In this document: piece after piece, positions 15,970 through 26,988 of the stretch
How positions within the stretch are numbered: position 1 is the first letter of the stretch
Layout: each line of letters begins with the position of its first letter
Assembly: GCF_006345805.1 (NCBI RefSeq)
Contig: NC_043020.1
Coordinates: 11,904,001-11,968,000 of the forward strand
Direction: 5' to 3'
Origin: Octopus sinensis
Taxonomy: Eukaryota
Length of the DNA: 64,000 nucleotides
The notes under the pieces: generated by a model
The model's database searches: none
Told to the model about the DNA's origin: nothing
Seen by the model: only the letters and a program-made list of their open reading frames with translations
Position numbers and translations under genes: made by a program

Positions 15970-15997
15970 TGACGTCAATCTCTAATGTATGACATCA
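15970..15997. promoter_or_regulatory. Perfect CRE (TGACGTCA, 15970-15977) plus TGACATCA 20 bp away, upstream of PDE C
   Basis: Palindromic octamer 212 bp upstream of the ATG. Confidence 0.55.
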
Positions 15998-16934
15998 CAC
16001 TATTAGTTTAAATCATTTAGGTTAATTAAAAGGAAACTGCATCTACATGAAAAATAATCATTAAGTATTAAATTGTAGTGGCATTAAATACCTAATTAGA
16101 AGTACTTAAGCCGTGAAAAAAGAAATCTCTAAATCTCTCTTTAGAAATGGTTTTGGTCCACTTCTTGCAGTGACATTGTACTGAAGGAAGGTGGCAAATC
16201 AAGTGAAAAGCGAACTCAGGAACCGTTGCCTTCAACCAGTAAGGAAGAAGGAGCATGACAGAAGAATGAAAACGAAAGAAGCAGCGAATTTGAGACAGAG
16301 AAAATTGTGTTGGACGAAGAGAATGGTGAAAGATATCAGAGAAAGGTACCTAGAAAGAGAAATTTACGAAACTTCGTAGAATACGAAAAAAGTGTTGAAA
16401 TCGAAAAGAGAGTAACAAAGATGAAAAATGTTATCAGAGTGAAATTGGTAAACTGAGAAGGTAAGAAGGGCGTGCTACTGGAGAGAGAAAGAGGGGAGAG
16501 ATTAGTAGAACTGTTAGGGGAAAAAAAAAGAGTTGTAATATCACCACTTCAGTTTAGATACGACGAGTTGCCGCCTGTTGTAATTTTCGACGATCTTATG
16601 CAATATTTGTTGTAATTGTATGTTTAAGAAACAAAAAGATACATGACTGTAAAGTGAACTGTAATTAAAAAGAACAATAAAATGAAACTGCTTGTTTTGG
16701 GGGGCGAATAAGCCATTTCATCCTCAGTTTTTTTTATCATAGTCATAGTCCATTCGATATGTGTTTTATATGTACCCCAATGTCTTGTTTCGTCTGTCCT
16801 TGTTGTGTCCCCTGAGTACAAAGGTTATGTGCCTTCCCCATCTCTCTTTTTCCCTTTCTTCTCCTCCCCCTTCAACTAACCACGTGGAAGTGTTACGGGT
16901 GGGCTAATTAACGGAGCGACAAGCAGAATTATTT

Positions 16935-17450
16935 TAAGATTGGGCGGAATTCTTCTTCAAGCAAGCTATATAACTCCTCATAACTTTTTTTACTTTTTGG
17001 AATCTTCAGAAAATTTTTCTGAATTTGTGTTCTACGCACGGGAATTCATACGGTTATGATCTCCTAACAAAATTTTGTGTGTGTGTGTGTGTGACTTAAG
17101 GGATATTTGCTGTTATTTTTAGTACATCTCACAACCACTTCTTATCATCCTCGTTCGTTCACCACTCTGACGTATTGATGTTTTTCAAAATCTTCCTTCC
17201 CATAAACATAAGGGTCTATTGATGGAATTTAACCCCAAAATTCGGACTGTCCATATTTTAAACTGTGATGTAAAACGAAATATTTCGAAATTATAATAAA
17301 AAAAAAAATCGAAAAATTAATTTTAAAAATGTATGTATGAATTCCCGTGTGTAGAACACAAATATGCAACAAATATTCTGAACATTCCAAAAAATAAAAA
17401 AGTTATGAAGGGTTATATGACGTGTTTAAGTCAGAATTCCACCAAATATT
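16935..17450. mobile_element. Degenerate foldback/MITE with ~115-bp imperfect inverted arms
   Basis: ATTTGTGTTCTACGCACGGGAATTCATAC (~17020) is inverted at ~17335-17365; the match extends outward to GGAATTC motifs at ~16950 and ~17440. Confidence 0.6.
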
Positions 17451-17494
17451 GTCAAAGCTTCTCCATTCCATTGGCATGAAGATACAAACAGAAA

Positions 17495-17936
17495 ATACTC
17501 TTTTACTTGTTTCAGTCATTTGACTTCGGCCATGCTGGAGCACCGCCTCTTTGTCGAACAAATCGACCCCAGGACTTATTCTTTGGAAGCCTAGTACTTA
17601 TTCTATCGGTCTCTTTTGCCGAACCGCTAAGTTACGGGGACTACGGGGACGTAAACACACCAGCATCGTTTGTCAAGCGATGTTGGGGGAACAAACACAG
17701 ACACACAAACATATACATACTCATACATACACACACATACACACACACACACATACACACACACATATACATACATATGACGGGCTTCTTTCAGTTTCCA
17801 TCTACCAAATCTACTCCCAAGTCTTTGGTCGGCCCGAGGCTATAGTAGAAGACACTTGCCCAAGGTGCCACGCAGTGGGACTGAACCCGGAACCATGTAG
17901 TTCGTAAGCAAGCTACTTACCACACAGCCACTCCTA
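17495..17936 (-). mobile_element. tRNA-derived SINE (head TAGGAGTGGCTGTGTGGTAAGTAGC family)
   Basis: Same family at 42424-42824(+), 54645-55018(-), partial at 30470-30680 and ~48880-48940. Confidence 0.85.
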
Positions 17937-18311
17937 CATTTACGCCTACTATTAATATATATTAAAACTATTAAAGGAGCACTGTATTTTCCAACGTATA
18001 AGGCACACTTTTGCATTAGGCATACCCCTATTTTACAAGCATAGTTTATAGCAAAAACAAATGTAGTACCTTTCATCGTATACATACATAAAGTTATTTT
18101 AAAGTAGTTTTGGAAGGAAAATATATGATTCTGTACATATAAATCATATAAATACAATATCGAATTAGATACATTTTAGAATGAAATTTAGAATAATTGT
18201 GATGCATTTTAGAATAAAATAAATTCGTTTTATACGCCGGCAAATACGGCTGTTAGTTCAGCATTACCTCGGACTAGCCGTGTTACTAAGCTGTTCTTTC
18301 GATATATTAAC

Positions 18312-18430
18312 ACTAGCTGACCCTGAGCCGTCAAAAATGACGGCTAATTGTAGCATTTTATATATAAATAAGGTAGAAAATAGGGTACCTAATAGTCACA
18401 GAAACAAACACTCACATACTTCCTTTATAC
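18312..18430 (+). mobile_element. Very short Helentron/DINE-1-like non-autonomous element
   Basis: Starts ACTAGCTGACCC, perfect 8-bp hairpin AGCCGTCA-AAAA-TGACGGCT at 18326-18345, ends CAAACACTCACATACTTCCTTTATA. Confidence 0.5.
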
Positions 18431-18629
18431 ATGCACACACATACACACATATACTCAGAGTTGATTTTTTTCACCCCTTCTCTCGATATTCATCATTCAC
18501 CCTTTCCTTTCTCCATTGCTATTACTTTCCCTCGCTACTTCTCCTTCACTGAATTACTATTTTCTCTGCCCCCACCACTTTCTCCTACTTCGTCCTACTC
18601 CTACTCTGTGACGTTCGACAAATATATAT

Positions 18630-18665
<36 letters not shown>

Positions 18666-19149
18666 CGTTTAAATATTTGTTGTGCAAGATTTTTTATGTG
18701 AAGTCGAGTGTTGAAACAGATATTGTTATATTTCGGAATGGTCATTTTGCCAGTTTAGCCAATAAAAACACACGCACTATATATTTGGTGTTACTTTGCT
18801 TCAGTGTTATTTATTTTTTACATTAATCTTAATCTTATTTCGGCCAGAATTCTTTCGTCACACTCCTGTGACCGCATCAGTGGTCCTTTGTTTTCTTCTC
18901 ACTTATTTGTGTCTCCCCTTACTAACCGTCAGCCATTTTGTATTTCTATTGTATGTCTTGATTTGCGCATGCTTATATATCTATGTGCGTTAATGTTTAT
19001 TTAGTGTGTGTATGTGGGGGATGCCTGTAATATTTGTATCTTCTGTTTATATATGTTCATGTAATTTGTAATTTTATATGTTCATGTAATTTGTATTTTG
19101 TATTTTTTTGTTTTTGTTTTTCCCATTTTTAATGCATTTTTTTGCTATT

Positions 19150-19229
19150 ATATAAGGGAAGTAACTCTCTAAAAATGCTTATATAGTTATTTCCCTTACA
19201 AACCCGAGCAACGCCGGGCGATACTGCTA

Positions 19230-19230
<1 letters not shown>
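19150..19230 (-). mobile_element. 5' end of Helentron/DINE-1-like element (same family as 30751-32335)
   Basis: Reverse complement reads ACTAGCAGTATCGCCCGGCGTTGCTCGGGTTTGTAAGGGAAATAACTAT. Confidence 0.7.
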
Positions 19231-19271
<41 letters not shown>

Positions 19272-19610
19272 CCATGACAGATCGTTAGCCACTACACACA
19301 TTTTTTTCTCTCTTTTTTTTCTCTCCTTGTTTCTCTCCTTCTTTTTTCTGAGTCCCTTTCTGTAGAAGAACGTAGGCTCGAAACGTCAAAGACATTACCA
19401 ATCTTCTCGAGCGTTAAATATGACCACCTCAGTCATTAGACTGTGGTCATGCTATGCTGAGACACCGCCTTGATGGCACAACCTCTTTCTTAATTGTGGA
19501 AAGGAGACTTCGGCTGTTCATTTTTCATCCGCTTCACCTAGCTACAAAGCCGACTAACCTTCTTCAAGACCATAAATCTTAAATACACTCCTCCCACATA
19601 TAGACAATAT

Positions 19611-19917
19611 CACGTGATCACGTGACCGACCAGACCAACAGATGCTGTTACACATCGCTGGTCACAATGCATTCGCATTGTTTTTAGCCTTCGAATGACG
19701 CCACCTCGCTGGCTAAGCAAGCAGGCCAACAGAAGAAAGAGTGGGAGAAAGTGTGGTGAAAGAGTACAGCAGGGATCACCACCCCCTGCCGGAGCCTCGT
19801 GGAGCTTTTAGGTGTTTTCGCTCAATAAACACTCACAACGCCCGGTCTTGGAATCGAAACCGCGATCCGACGACTGCGAGTCCGCTGCCCTAGCCACTGG
19901 GCCATTGCACCTCCACT
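19611..19917 (-). mobile_element. tRNA-derived SINE with 13-bp target-site duplication
   Basis: Head GAGGTGCAATGGCCCAGTGGCTAGGGCAGCGGACTC; ATATAGACAATAT at 19598-19610 and 19918-19930. Confidence 0.85.
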
Positions 19918-20427
19918 ATATAGACAATATAGACGAGTTAAATACACTCTTCCCACATATGTCGTACAAAACCACTTGAATTCGTTCTATTTTCATTTGG
20001 CAAACTAATTCTGTGAAGGGTATTGATCGTGGAGTCACAAAATATACACATGCCGTGGATTTAAATTTCTTCCAAGTGTTCTTAATTGCAAAATTTGTAT
20101 ATTCATGTGAAGAAAGCGTTTTTTTATAATGATATAATGTACACATTAAACAAATTCAAAAAAAATTCGTTAGAAACAGCTGTAATAAATTGACACCTAT
20201 CCATCATTTGTTATATAAATATATGTTGGACTCATATTAAACTCTGTTGGACTTTTGGATTTTACTCAAAGGATATTGAAATAATACACATATATACCAT
20301 TATGCCTATAAAACGGATTTTTGAACTCAATAACCATACATATCTTATATCTATTTTCTTTCCTCCACCTCACTCTCTATTTATATCACATCGAAACTAA
20401 CTTTGACTTAACTTTTCCTCTCACACC

Positions 20428-20482
20428 GTCTCCGATGAAGGGATATTATTATTAATAAATATCGTAGAAACAGCTGTAAGAC
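20428..20482 (+). ncRNA. Hammerhead-like motif, core variant CCGATGA
   Basis: GTCT-CCGATGA-..GATATT..AATATC..-GAAAC-AGCT-GTA-AGAC; palindromic helix III ACAGCTGT. Confidence 0.4.
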
Positions 20483-20549
20483 CTTCTATCTATAAATGCT
20501 CTAATATCAATACAGCCTTGGGGTTTTTTTTTATCTCATTACGCAAAAA

Positions 20550-20607
<58 letters not shown>

Positions 20608-21205
20608 AGAGTAACCACATAATTGCAAAACAAGGTGGAGAAATAGTACTCAAATACCAGAAGTAGAGTAATATGCTTTATCAAAAAGCAGCAAAAATAT
20701 CACAAAAAACTGTTACTCAGAGTTTCGCCTTCTCGTTCGTCGGACAGTTTTGTTTAGAATGGAACGAAAATAAGGTTATAAGCAAACATATACAATTAGT
20801 TTAATACATACACATTTGCAAATGGTTTTGTTTCATTGGTCCTTTTAACTAACGGTATATAGGGAGAGAGTCTTCGTATGTGAGTGAATCTTACGTTGTG
20901 TGTATATGTGTGTGTATGTGTGTGTGTGGTGTGTTTCTGTCTGTTAACATAAAATACATCGTTACCACCTCCAAACAGCGTCTCGCTTAACCTGACATTG
21001 GAACCCCACCACTGGGTGAAGATTTGGGCTCTACAGTTCGTGCCGTCCAATCGCATGTTGGCACATGCCAACCATCGATTAAATATATATATATATATGT
21101 ATGTATGTATGTATGTACATATATGTATGTATATATACACGTATATATTTTATTTATATTGTTATATGATTGAACGCCACGCATCCATTTCCAAGTAAGT
21201 TTAAT

Positions 21206-21244
<39 letters not shown>

Positions 21245-21357
21245 TATATATAGTTATCAGTAACAATGAAGGGTGAAATTAATTAATTTGGAATAATTAT
21301 CAATTACACCAAGGGTGAAATTAATTAATTTGGAATAATTATCAATTATATAGCCGA

Positions 21358-21439
<82 letters not shown>

Positions 21440-21453
<14 letters not shown>

Positions 21454-24400
21454 GTATTATGTATGTATGTATGTATGTATGTATGTATGTATGTATATTT
21501 TTATGTATGTATGTATGTATGTATGTATGTATACAGGGTGAGAGTGAATGTTAGGTTGTGTGTGTGGTCTGTGTTTCTGTCTGTCGGCAGTAAAATACAT
21601 TGTTACCAGCTCGTAGCTTCGAGATTTCGAGAGTGTGATTATGTTTTTTGAATGACATTGTCGGGTAGGTGTGAGAGGCCAGATATGGTCGGTTTAGATT
21701 TAAACATGAAACACAGCAGAATATTTGAGTTTGATTTGCTGGTTTAAATGCCAAAGTTTGAAACCAGAAACTTAAATATTTGCTAATCAATTTATTTAAT
21801 TTAATTACTCTCTCAACGGCATATTTTAATATCTTTTGTGAGGGCGATGAGGTGGCACAATCGTTAGTATCGGAATATATGCCTCACCATATTTGTCCCT
21901 CGTCTATACCTTCTGAAGTCAAATCCCGCCGAGGTTAACTTTACGTTACATTTCTTCGGAGTACGAGTCAAGGAATGGATTCAATGATTTCGACTAATCC
22001 CGCATCCTCTCCTCAAAAATGTCGGCTTTGTGCATAAAGAAGAAAACATTTTAATGCCTTTGTTATTTCATTTTTATTTTCGTTACTAGAACACCAGTTG
22101 TTCCTCCGGCCCATATAATGGTAGTCTAACAAACCACACAAATAACCAATCTTTTACGCCTTTGAGAATTCTTTGGAACAGCTTTCACACATTTTCGTTT
22201 TCGAAACTCCATATTCTGTGTCGTATCTTTTTTCATTATTGAACTCGATCTTTTAAACACACTGTCCTTTCGATCTCTCAGTATAGAAAGTGACTTTCGA
22301 GCCACAGGTATTCTACTTTTTGTACTATCACTACCCTCGTATGCATCCGTCCAAGACAGTCTGTTCTTTTTTGGCGTAGTTATCTGTACCTCTTTACTCT
22401 TCTTACGAACATTTTCGTTCTCCTTAATGGGAGATTTCACCGATATTTCGGATTTCAAAGAAGACTTCTTCGGAATGTTTTCAAACAAAACTTCATCTCT
22501 TTGAGAAATTTCCCCAATCGAAAACCGTATGGTAGACGAACTTCTGTTGAATATATAATCACTGGAACGTGTTTGTGTGCTTTCCCGTCGTACTGGGTTC
22601 GGTGGTAAAATAACACGCGATGATCTTTTTATAGACAAAGGTTTTTCTAAACAGAGTGCATTTCTAAATGATTTTCCTTTTTCCTGCTCTAATTCCCGGC
22701 GTCTTTCGTAAAGAAGCTCATCGAAACAACTTGATCGTCTTGCTGTATAAGGCGACCTGTATAATGACGACTTGGAACGTGATGAAACTATAGTTTCTGA
22801 TCCCGAGTAGTTCCCAGATTTTGTTAAAGTGGACGGTTGTCGTCTGAATACGTGTGGTTGTGGTTCATCGGGTGAGGCTTCACCTGTACGTGTAGCAGGT
22901 ACATAAGTCTGAACAGATACTTCGCTTACAGTTGGGGATCGTTCATCGGTTTGACAATTCTTTGTTACTCTAGTAATCATCTCAGTTTCCGGTGAAACAG
23001 GTATTGTTAGATCATCCACAGTGACTAATTCTTCAATAGGATAAGAAAGTATGGTTTGGATGGTTTGTTGCTCTAGCACCACATTTAAATATGTTAGAAC
23101 TGTCTGTGTGGCTACATTTACTTGTAACATCGGAGTAGTCGTACTCGATATCGGTACTCCTGAGTAAAACGTCTTTAAAGCTAATTCATACTCTTTCTTA
23201 ATATCAAATATTTCATCACCATTTGCAATACCAGCCCAGTGAGCTCTGTTGTCGAGCATCCCATGATATAAAGGCTCCAATTCTTCATGCAGTTCTGACA
23301 AAGTTTTATAAAGCAGTGTACTCACAAAATCAATAAAACCAACTTGCATTTGTGGTATTTCGCGTATACAATTGCGATCCATTAACGGCAACAGAGGAAT
23401 ATCATAAGCTCTTTCCATGTCTCCTTGTGTAAAGAATTCCTCAGCCATTAACATGACTGAGAATTTTTGAAAATCCCATGGCTTGGTAATAGCTGTAAGA
23501 TCAGCTGCAGTCATTATCATACTAGTTAATAATTCAACGCTTTCTCGAGACTCAAAAGTTTTGTTACCGTCTTCGATGTGTTTTCTAAAAGTGTTTCTTT
23601 TCAAAAAATAATCTACAAGGTCTGTAGCGAGGATTGCTTTCTCGATAAATTTGAGAGCCTTCTTATATTTTTCAGCTGAAACGTTTTTTAAAATATTTGT
23701 ATCTTCATTTTGCAATATCATGATACTTCGATTTATATGATGGTTTTCCAACACAGACGTATTGTAGAGAGTAGCAAGAGGCGATGCTGTATTCACTTGG
23801 AATGCATTATTGGTTCCTCTGTGATCAATGTCATGAAACAAGCAAGCTATTAGCAGACATATTAGTTCAAATTCTTTGAAATATACTTGTAATCTACCGG
23901 TGGTCAACATACAAAACATTGCTTGAGTAACATTGACAGCATGCTGCCAATTATGGTAGGTAAGAGGACGATAGTTTTTTTTCACAGTTAGTATCCATCT
24001 ATACAAAGTAAACTTGGATATTTTCAATGAATTTAGAGCGTTCATTTCTATAAAGATAAGAGCAGTCAATATAACCTGTTCGTCTTCTGAGTATAAATAA
24101 CTAATAAAATTGTAAGAGTAAAGTTTATAGTGACTTGTTGTGCGAATGTCTTGATGTTGCATGTCATAAGCTTCTTCTTCTTCGCAAGTCGTGTGAAACT
24201 GAAGCAATTCGTATGCGAAATCTTGGCTGGATGTTATTTTATTGCAACTTTTGTACAAATGGTCGTTATAAATCGCCAGTCCGCAGAAAATGGCAAATGT
24301 CTCCAACATATTAATGTCATTTTCACTAAAGGTATTAATCGTCTTCCTGAGAAACATCATATAACCAATTACACTATCGCGATCACCGTGTATTGTCACG

Positions 24401-25235
24401 CAAATTATCCAATTTAGTATATCACCATCCAATGTGATTTTGGTTTTCCATTTGGTTCTATCATGTAAATTAGTCACGCTAACTACATTCACCATGCTAG
24501 CACTATTCATATTTCGTTCAATAAATGATATGAACATTGGGTCTATAGGAGTATTTTTTACTTTAGTGTCTCCCTTCAAAAGTTGTAAAACGTTCGCTGA
24601 CTCGGTCAGTTGACGTGCATCGTCTATATCATCACTTAAATAGATGCTGATATTATCACAGTCCAGCATTTTGATGGCGTATTGAAGAATTTCAGATACA
24701 AGTCTCTGGAAATCCTCCCCCGTTTTCAAAAAACACCGACCGAGTTTCAATAACATTTGATGCCGTATTGTTTCTCCTTGGGCAGCTTTAAAGAACTGAT
24801 CATTGTTGAGATTCAGAGCACAAATTTTCGAGAAACATTCGAATAAGTTTTCATCACTAGAATCGAAATTATCTCCATCCAATTTATTCAATGCTTTAGC
24901 TACTCCTATCACACGATCGTTTTTATCGAAAATTGGTAGCGAAAGAATCGATCTAATTTGACAGTTAGTCTCTCTCATATTTTCCGTAAGGCGTGAATCA
25001 CGCCACGCTTCTTTAATATTTACTAAACATTCGTTTTCCGCTACGAAACCAACAATTCCTTCGCCAAATGGTAGATGAACCGTGTCTTCTTCTGTATTAT
25101 CTATTTCGCCAGGTTGAGATCTAGTTGAAATATTGTTGGTTTCCGAAATAAGAAATCGATTTTTACCAACTCCTTGGACCAAAAGAAGGCTCGTTGCATG
25201 ACAACGAAGCAAAATGCAGGCGTTTTGAAGAATTT
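21440..25235. repeat. Direct segmental duplication of PDE type A (partner ~670-4428)
   Basis: Near-identical from the (TATG)n/CAGGGTGAGAGTG flank to the gap edge. Confidence 0.92.
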
Positions 25236-25534
25236 TTTTAGTAACTCTCGTTGAATTAATGTCTGACTGAACCACTTTGAGTGTATCTCTGAACAAATTC
25301 ATCTTACTAACAGGTAACTCTGGTTCCTCAACCAAATTCTCAAGATATTCAGTTGGATCTTGTTTGGGAGACAGTTTAACCCCAAAATTTTAGGGCAGCT
25401 TTTGATAAAATCTTATGTTTCGAAAAATCGGGTGCTATTTCTTCCATGCCGTGTTCTGAAAGCCATTTATCAACGAATTCTGGGTTGTCATGAAGGAAAT
25501 CTCTTATGTCTTCTTCTGTCAGACCTGTAGACAT
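22126..25534 (-). CDS. Intronless GAF-GAF phosphodiesterase type A copy 2 (~1135 aa including N-terminus hidden by a 1-bp insertion)
   Basis: The track ORF starts at TTG 25335, but ATG 25534 encodes MSTGLTEEDIRDFLHDNPEFVDKWL (family N-terminal motif) and joins after removing one base in AAAATTTTGGGG (25380-25391). Catalytic motifs intact; ends KRLVICVVC. Confidence 0.9.
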
Positions 25535-25617
25535 TATTTCTTTAGTCTATTATTGAAGCAGCTGACTATATTCTATCGACACGAAGAAACGAAGTCTCTT
25601 TTACTTGCGTATTCCTT

Positions 25618-25714
<97 letters not shown>

Positions 25715-25730
25715 GTTCATACACTCACAG

Positions 25731-25782
<52 letters not shown>

Positions 25783-26002
25783 GCATACGTTTATGTATGT
25801 ATATGTACATATACATGCCTATCTATCAATGTATCTATCAATCTCTCCATTTTGGCCTAATTTTCCTTATTTTCATTTCTCCCTTTCTCTCTCTCCCTCT
25901 CCTCTGACTAAATCTCCTCCTTCCTCTCTCCCATTCTTTCTCTTACACATTTCTTTTAAAGATTAGACAGCACTTTTACAACTAAAACACTCCACTCACT
26001 TA

Positions 26003-26027
26003 TGATATCAACCTAACTATGACGTAA
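26003..26027. promoter_or_regulatory. CRE-like pair upstream of A2 (TGATATCA at 26003, TGACGTAA at 26020)
   Basis: ~470-490 bp upstream of ATG 25534, of which ~200 bp is an intervening microsatellite. Confidence 0.35.
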
Positions 26028-26039
26028 TATTAACAATGG

Positions 26040-26565
26040 TTTCCCATATTGGCACAGGACCGGTAATTTCAGGCGAGTGGGCAAATTGATTACATCGAAA
26101 CCGGAGTTCAACTGGTAGTTATTTTATCGATCCCGAAAGGATGAAAAGCAAATTCGACGTCGGCGAAATTTTAAACTTAGAACGTAAAGACGGACGAAAT
26201 GCCACTAATCTTTTTGTCCGGCGTACTATCAATTCTGCCAGCTTGCCACGGTGGCTTTTTTAATGGGTGGAGAGCTGAACCATCCTGGGGTACAGGGGAT
26301 TCGCAATCTAGACTAGGGTCTGAAAGTTTTACCACACCATAGTTCCATGGTTCCTCTGCTTTGTGGTAGATGTAGGAAGAAAGAGTGAGAGAAAGTTGTG
26401 GTGAAAGAGTACAGCGAGGTTCACCCCGCCACCAGCCGGAGCCTCGTAGACCTTAGGTGTTTTTGCTCAATAAACACTCCCAATGCCCAATGTCTTGGAA
26501 TCGAAACCGCGTTCTTACGACCGTGAGTCCGCTGCCCTAACCATCGGGCCACTGCGTCTCCACTC
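26040..26565 (-). mobile_element. Two SINE copies (CCTTTCATCCTTTCGGGGTCGAT family ~26040-26248; tRNA-head family ~26375-26565)
   Basis: Match to other copies at 43137-43350 and 63560-63750. Confidence 0.7.
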
Positions 26566-26859
26566 GCTATTGTTGTTGTTGGTCTTGATTGAGCAGACCA
26601 ATATTCAAGGCGTCCCGGAAATGATTATCCTGGTTTTTTTCTTCTTTTTTGTTTGGTATATCTCGGACTTTGTTACATCACGTGTCCTTTTCCGTAAATC
26701 ATTGAAGTGTGATTTGGGGAGTATTTGATCTGCTATTTCTAGCAAGTCGAGCTAACACAGTGAGGCTTCCTTGCTACGTCATTCAGTAGTGCGTGTGTAT
26801 ACGTATGTGTATGTGTAGGCATGTATGATTGTAAGTATGTGTCACTGTATATATATTCA

Positions 26860-26965
<106 letters not shown>

Positions 26966-26988
26966 CCTATCTACCTATCTATCTATCT

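Noticed and set aside
21269-21348. 38-bp direct repeat with 42-bp period near the A2 duplication edge
   Set aside because: Only two copies, probably local slippage within a repeat fragment; no evidence linking it to the breakpoint.
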